Source of the DNA: an uncultured bacterium
GTDB lineage: Bacteria > Verrucomicrobiota > Kiritimatiellia > CAIQIC01 > Lenti-01
Direction of reading: 5' to 3'
DNA length: 36,736 nucleotides
Assembly: GCA_902766695.1 (NCBI GenBank)
Contig: CACXEY010000163.1
Location: 1 to 36,736 of the forward strand
The position numbers and the translations under genes are program-made. The notes beneath the pieces are model-generated. The model did no database searches, had not been told where the DNA came from, and worked only from the letters and a program-made list of their open reading frames with translations. Shown here one piece after another: positions 32,464 to 36,736 of the stretch (positions are counted from its first letter, which is position 1; each line of letters begins with the position of its first letter).

Positions 32464-33072
32464 ATGAAGAGAGACGGCATGGACACGAACCCGGGAAAGG
32501 AAAACACGGCGGACCTGGCGGATTGGCAGGCCTACCACCGGCGCGGGGAACGGGAGGCGCTGGTGCGGCTGGTGGAGAGGTACCGGCGGCCGCTGTTCGG
32601 GTATCTGCTGCGGCTGGCGGGGGATGCGGGGACGGCGGAGGAATGGTTCCAGGAGACGTGGGCGCGGGCGCTCGCCCGGCCGCGGTCGTTCGTGCGGCCG
32701 CCGATGGCGCCGTGGCTGTTCCGGATTGCGCACAACCTGGCGATGGATTCGTTCCGGCGCTCGCGCCGGGAGGTCCCGCTGGCGCAGACGGCGGAGGGGG
32801 AGGAGACCGTCGCGGACGCGGGGACGCTGGCGCCGGACCGCCTGGTGGCGTCGCGGGAGCTCGGGGAACGCATCGCGGCGGCGGTGGCGGAGCTGCCGGA
32901 AACGCAGCGGGAGACGTTTTCGCTGCGGATGGACGGGCGGTTGGCGTTCAAGGAAATCGCGGACATCCAGGGCTGTCCCCTCGGGACGGTGCTGGCGCGG
33001 ATGCAGTACGCGCTCGCGAAGCTGCGCGCGGCGCTGGCGGCGGATTATTCGGACTGGAAGGAGATGCGGTGA
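32464..33072 (+). CDS. ECF-type RNA polymerase sigma-70 family factor
   Basis: Region 2 (LVERYRRPLFGYLLRLAGDAGTAEEWFQETWARA...WLFRIAHNLAMDSFRR) and region 4 (LPETQRETFSLRMDGRLAFKEIADIQGCPLGTVLARMQYALAKLR). Confidence 0.9.
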   Translation: MKRDGMDTNPGKENTADLADWQAYHRRGEREALVRLVERYRRPLFGYLLRLAGDAGTAEEWFQETWARALARPRSFVRPPMAPWLFRIAHNLAMDSFRRSRREVPLAQTAEGEETVADAGTLAPDRLVASRELGERIAAAVAELPETQRETFSLRMDGRLAFKEIADIQGCPLGTVLARMQYALAKLRAALAADYSDWKEMR

Positions 33073-33073
33073 G

Positions 33074-33457
33074 ATGAAGACGACGATGGACGCAACGGGT
33101 TTCGAGGCGACCGCCACGGCGGAAGAACGCGCGCTGGCGCGGGCGCTGGAGGCGTGCAAGCTGCCGGCGATGCCGGTCGGGACGATCGAGTGCATCGAAC
33201 GGCGGGTCCGGGCGCGGCGGATGCGGGTCCTGCGCGCGATGTGGATGTCGGCGGTGGCCGTGGCGGCGGCGGTGGCGCTGGTGGCCGGGGCGTGGCGGAT
33301 GCGGTCGGCGACCGTGGCGGAGGAGGCGGCGTTCGCGGAGGCGGAGGCGGAATGGCTTTCGCCGTACGATGCGGAGTTCGAGGAGCTGGAGACGACGCTG
33401 CTGGCCTTCGAGGCGCTGGATTTCGGTTCGGACGCGACGGCGTTCCCGAGCCTGTGA
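33074..33457 (+). CDS. Putative single-pass anti-sigma factor
   Basis: It starts 1 nt after the sigma gene's stop. 127 aa with one TM (MWMSAVAVAAAVALVAGAW) and an acidic C-terminus. The call rests on position and topology only. Confidence 0.5.
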   Translation: MKTTMDATGFEATATAEERALARALEACKLPAMPVGTIECIERRVRARRMRVLRAMWMSAVAVAAAVALVAGAWRMRSATVAEEAAFAEAEAEWLSPYDAEFEELETTLLAFEALDFGSDATAFPSL

Positions 33458-33488
33458 TGTGGAAAACCAAACCGAAAGGAACACGACG

Positions 33489-34178
33489 ATGAAAACGGCA
33501 TGGAAATGGATTCCGGTCCTGGCGCTGGCCGCCGCGGCCGCGTACGCGCAGACGGAGATGCCCGGAGACGGGCCGGAGGGGGATGGCGTGCCGCCGCCGT
33601 CCTTCTGCGAAAAGGCCGGCTGCCCGGGCATGGGCAAGCCGGTACCGCCGCCGGACGGCAGGCGCGGTCCGTGCGGGCGGCCGGACAAGGCGCGCTGCCG
33701 CGGGCCGGAGGGAATGCGTCCCCCGTGCCCGCCGCCGGAGTGCGGCGAGGGACCGACGGAGGAGGAGCGGGCCGAGTTCGCGGCCTTCCGCAAGCTGTGC
33801 AAGGACGTGCGGGCGGAAACCGACGAGGCGAAGAAGGCCGAGCTGGCCGACGCCCTGCGCGCGAAGCTCGGCGAGATGGCCGACCGCCAGCACGAGAGGT
33901 TGCAGGCGCGCCTCGCCGCCGCCGAAAAGCGCATCGGGGAGCAGAAGGCCCGCCTGGACCGCCAGCTCGCGGACCTGAAGGCGATGATCGAAGAAGGCGA
34001 AGCCAACCGCGACGAGTGGATCGAGGAGCAGTGCCGCTGCATCCTCTCCGGCGAGCGCCCTCCGATGCGTCCGCACCGCCGCGGGGAACGGGGCGGCCAC
34101 AAGGGCGGGCGGCACGGTCCTCCGCCGTGCGGGCGGGGGGGAATGGATCCCGCCCCGGACGGGGAAACCGCGGACTGA
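33489..34178 (+). CDS. Secreted Cys/Pro-rich protein with a long coiled-coil region (function unknown)
   Basis: Trimmed to ATG 33489. Signal peptide MKTAWKWIPVLALAAAAAYA. Then a Pro/Cys/Gly-rich segment, about 110 aa of heptad-like charged helix, and a basic Gly/Pro tail. Confidence 0.55.
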   Translation: MKTAWKWIPVLALAAAAAYAQTEMPGDGPEGDGVPPPSFCEKAGCPGMGKPVPPPDGRRGPCGRPDKARCRGPEGMRPPCPPPECGEGPTEEERAEFAAFRKLCKDVRAETDEAKKAELADALRAKLGEMADRQHERLQARLAAAEKRIGEQKARLDRQLADLKAMIEEGEANRDEWIEEQCRCILSGERPPMRPHRRGERGGHKGGRHGPPPCGRGGMDPAPDGETAD

Positions 34179-34191
34179 GGATGGGGAACGG

Positions 34192-34240
34192 GGCGGCTTG
34201 CGACGCGGTTGGCGGGGCGGGGGGGCGCAAGCCGCCTTTT
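34192..34240 (+). terminator. Possible terminator of the ECF operon
   Basis: 11-bp perfect stem ggcggcttgcg / cgcaagccgcc followed by TTTT. The loop is unusually large at 23 nt. Confidence 0.4.
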
Positions 34241-34272
34241 CCGGGGGCGCGGCGAATAGGTGGTGCGGGGGA

Positions 34273-34301
34273 TTGAACGGGCGGGGCGGGTCGTGTATAG
34301 T
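34273..34301 (+). promoter_or_regulatory. Near-consensus sigma70-like promoter
   Basis: TTGAAC (34273-34278), 17-nt spacer, TATAGT (34296-34301). It lies 42 nt upstream of the DRTGG gene ATG. Confidence 0.55.
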
Positions 34302-34342
34302 GGAAGCGATTTCCATTCCACGAAAGGCACTGACGTAATCCC

Positions 34343-34681
34343 ATGAAACTTTCCGAACTCCTCCAGGCGGTCGAGGCCGAGGTCCTCTGGTCCGACCCGG
34401 CACACGACGCCACCGACGTCGCCAACGTCATCTCGTCCGACCTCATGAGCGACGTGCTCATGATGGACGCCGAACAGCCGCTGCTGCTTTCCTCCCTCGT
34501 GTCCGACCAGTCGCTGCGCACGGCGAACGTCGTCGGCGCGGTCGCGCTCGTCGTCGCCAACGGCAAGATCCCGCCGCCGAACATGGTGGAGCTCGCGCAG
34601 GAACTCGGGATCACCCTCGCCCGCACCGAGATGGCCAAGTTCGAGGCGTCGGTGGCGCTGGGCAAGGCGCTCGGCCGCTAG
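34343..34681 (+). CDS. DRTGG-domain protein
   Basis: 112 aa. Layout typical of stand-alone DRTGG proteins (VISSDLMSDVL...LLLSSLVSDQSLRTANVVGAVALVVANGKIPPPNMVELAQELGITL). Confidence 0.7.
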   Translation: MKLSELLQAVEAEVLWSDPAHDATDVANVISSDLMSDVLMMDAEQPLLLSSLVSDQSLRTANVVGAVALVVANGKIPPPNMVELAQELGITLARTEMAKFEASVALGKALGR

Positions 34682-34724
34682 GGCCGGGCCGCCGCCGCAT
34701 CCCCCGCCCCCGCAGAGGCGCGCC

Positions 34725-35687
34725 GTGGAACCGCTGCAACTGACCGCCGAGCAGTCGCCGCTGCTCTTCCTGGAGCTGCTCTACAAGCTCCGCGTGCGCG
34801 ACGTGATGGCCAAGGACCTGGTCACCATCGCCCGCTCCGCCACGATGCGCGACCTCAAGCGCCTGATGCAGGAACGCAAGGTGTCGGGGGTCCCGGTGGT
34901 CGAGAACAAGCGCCTCTACGGCATCGTCAGCATCGAGGACCTCATCCAGGCGCTGGAGAAGAACCGGATGGATGCGCCGGTGTCGGAGTTCATGGCGCCG
35001 AACGCGGTGACGGTGGAGGAGAACATGCCGCTGAGCATCGTGATGTCGTACTTCAACAAGTACGACTACCGGCGCTTCCCGGTGCTCAACGCGAGCAACG
35101 AGCCGGTGGGGATCATCACGGCGCGGTCGATCAACTCGCGGCTGCTGATGGAGCTGTTCCGGGAGCTGGCGCGGATCGAGAACCAGTACGTGCTGCCGGT
35201 GGACGACAACGCGACGTGCTACTTCAAGACCTACCGCATCCAGAAGGCCGACTTCGACAACGCCGGCAAGGCGTCCACCGAAATCAAGAACGTCCTGCGC
35301 GACCGCGGCATCGCCGCCAAGACCATCCGGCGCGTCGCCATCGCCGCGTACGAGCTGGAGATCAACCTCGCGGTCCACTCCGACGGCGGGACGCTGACGT
35401 TCCGCGCCGACGAGGACGAAATCCAGATCGTGTCCAAGGACCAGGGCCCCGGCATCGCCGACGTCTCGCTCGCCATGAAGGAGGGGTGGACGACCGCGAA
35501 CGAGTGGGTCAAGGCGATGGGGTTCGGCGCCGGCATGGGGCTGCCCAACGCCAAGCGCGTGGCGGACGAGTTCCACATCGCGTCCGCGCTCGGCGTCGGC
35601 ACCAACGTGACCGCCCGCTTCATCCTGCCCAAGGCCGTCCCGACGCCGCCCGCGTCGCTGCCGACCGCCGCGGTGCCCGGCGCGTGA
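34725..35687 (+). CDS. CBS-pair + GHKL (HATPase_c_2, RsbW/SpoIIAB-like) serine-protein-kinase-type regulator
   Basis: GTG start with GAGG 6 nt upstream. Two CBS motifs (VRDVMAKDLVTI...VSGVPVV and VSEFMAPNAVTV...RRFPVL). ATPase boxes AAYELEINLAVHS, DQGPGI, GFGAGMGLPNAKR. Confidence 0.8.
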   Translation: MEPLQLTAEQSPLLFLELLYKLRVRDVMAKDLVTIARSATMRDLKRLMQERKVSGVPVVENKRLYGIVSIEDLIQALEKNRMDAPVSEFMAPNAVTVEENMPLSIVMSYFNKYDYRRFPVLNASNEPVGIITARSINSRLLMELFRELARIENQYVLPVDDNATCYFKTYRIQKADFDNAGKASTEIKNVLRDRGIAAKTIRRVAIAAYELEINLAVHSDGGTLTFRADEDEIQIVSKDQGPGIADVSLAMKEGWTTANEWVKAMGFGAGMGLPNAKRVADEFHIASALGVGTNVTARFILPKAVPTPPASLPTAAVPGA

Positions 35688-36343
35688 CGGCTCCCGTCTG
35701 CCCGCTGTGCGGCGGCGGCGGCCCGTTCCGACCGCTGGCCGACCGCTGGGGGCGCCACCATCGGCTCTGCCCCGACTGCAGGCTGATCGCCACGGTGCGC
35801 GGGGAACTCCCCGATCCCGCCCGCGCGGCCGCCCGCTACGCGCTGCACCGCAACGGACCGGAGGACGCCGGATACGTCTCCTTCCTGCGGCGCGCCGTCG
35901 ATGCCGCGCGGCCGCATCTGGGCGGCGTCCGGCGCGCGCTCGACTACGGATGCGGCCCCGGTCCCGCCCTGCAGGTCCCGCTCGCGGAACTCGGCATCGC
36001 CTGCGACCGGTGGGATCCGTGTTTCTTTCCCGACCCGCCGCCACTGGAGCGGTATCCGGCGGTGTTCGCCACCGAAGTCGTCGAACATTTCCGCGACCCC
36101 GCGCGCGACTGGGCCGCGATGCTCGCGCGCGTCGCGCCGGGCGGCCTGCTGGTGGTCATGAGCGGGTTCTGGACGGACGCGGACGCCTTCCCGTCCTGGA
36201 ACTACGCGGACGACTTCACGCACGTCGCGTTCCACCACGCGGACACCCTCCGCTGGATTGCCCGGCGGCACGGGCTGACCGTGTTGACGTCTGCCGACCG
36301 GCGCGTCGCGGTTTTCCGCGCCGCGGGACGAGGCGGTCCGTAA
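35684..36343 (+). CDS. Class I SAM-dependent methyltransferase with an N-terminal CxxC...CxxC zinc-ribbon
   Basis: A GTG start overlaps the preceding stop (GTGA). CPLCGG...CPDC, then SAM motif I ALDYGCGPG, and FATEVVEHF, LLVV. Confidence 0.7.
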   Translation: MTAPVCPLCGGGGPFRPLADRWGRHHRLCPDCRLIATVRGELPDPARAAARYALHRNGPEDAGYVSFLRRAVDAARPHLGGVRRALDYGCGPGPALQVPLAELGIACDRWDPCFFPDPPPLERYPAVFATEVVEHFRDPARDWAAMLARVAPGGLLVVMSGFWTDADAFPSWNYADDFTHVAFHHADTLRWIARRHGLTVLTSADRRVAVFRAAGRGGP

Positions 36344-36736
36344 CTGCCCTTTTCCCATCGCAGCCATCCTTCCTGTCGGGGCTCCCGTCTGTTTTGGAAA
36401 TAGGAAAATCACTTGATTTTTCCCCCTTCCGGCCCCGCTCTTCCGCCCATGAAAAACGCCCCCCGCGTTCCCACCGCCAAGGCCGTTCATGAACCGATGG
36501 AAGAGGGGACGCCGCAAATCCCGTTTGCAACCGAAGCCCCCCGTCCAGGAGCTTTGCCGCCCTCCCGCGCTCCACGCACGGGATGTTCCGGGGGGGGGAC
36601 GGGGCGTCTCCCGCCCGCCGGGGGCCGGTGATTCCGATGCAACGCGGCCGGGGTGTAACCCAAAAGTGTCAGCGGCATTGGGCTGGGTCAGGCGAAGATG
36701 GGCCGGCCGGATTTCAGTTGGGCGCGGAGGGTGGCA

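Noticed and set aside
31690-34665. Upstream ~990 codons of the 1420-aa minus-strand ORF 30403..34665, the largest ORF in the track
   Set aside because: Only the last 428 codons (from ATG 31689) have recognisable RpiB and DeoC domains. The remainder is Arg/Pro/Ala/Gly low-complexity sequence antisense to def, the ECF sigma operon and the DRTGG gene, all of which carry clear family motifs. It is a typical high-GC open-frame artefact.
36344-36736. ORFs 36413..36631 (+), 36216..36575 (-) and 36487..36678 (-), an AT-rich patch (about 36393-36424), and a possible 3' end of a minus-strand gene (...ATLRAQLKSGRPIFA-stop at 36688)
   Set aside because: The ORF translations are Pro/Arg/Gly low-complexity with no SD or motif. 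The terminal fragment is only 16 codons and cannot be supported. The region is left unannotated.

Overview
High-GC bacterial chromosomal segment. A PVC-superphylum origin (Verrucomicrobiota, Kiritimatiellota or Lentisphaerota-like) is only an inference from gene content. No rRNA, CRISPR array, transposase or integrase is visible.

Layout:
1. 1-1944: 3' part of a surface protein built from seven Listeria-Bacteroides (Flg_new) repeats.
2. 2203-22667: an accessory glycan locus. Its core is a 19-gene, roughly 19-kb minus-strand operon (22667 down to 3609) with mostly overlapping stop and start codons.
   - Wzx/Wzy-type machinery: PglC-like priming transferase, NeuD/PglD-like acetyltransferase, epimerase, GT2, 2x GT4, flippase, polymerase-like protein.
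   - Teichoic-acid-type chemistry: TagD cytidylyltransferase, TagF-like CDP-glycerol glycerophosphotransferase, 2x LicD.
   - A sulfotransferase-like protein, and a redox trio (FrhB-like, nitroreductase, DJ-1/PfpI).
   - An embedded AlbA_2/HATPase_c_4/wHTH regulator.
   - Three acyltransferase-3 genes, the two minus-strand ones visibly lower in GC.
3. 22668-23316: a 649-bp ORF-poor divergent control region.
4. 23317-26046: a small membrane protein plus a hexapeptide-repeat protein, tRNA-Arg(CCT), and a two-gene unit encoding a nitroreductase-fold protein with a hydrophobic N-terminus and a His9/poly-Pro protein.
5. 26373-27950: proS.
6. 28088-31689: a FucI-like isomerase, then a compact three-gene microcompartment operon (RpiB-DERA fusion, one BMC-H, one BMC-P). 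No aldehyde dehydrogenase or PduL is in the window. I rate this the most interesting system here.
7. 31822-34178: def, then an ECF sigma / anti-sigma / secreted coiled-coil operon.
8. 34343-36343: a DRTGG / CBS-GHKL kinase / Zn-ribbon methyltransferase module.

Many long ORFs in the six-frame track are antisense or upstream-extension artefacts of the high GC content. I trimmed or rejected them. All family assignments rest on motifs read by eye, not on database searches.
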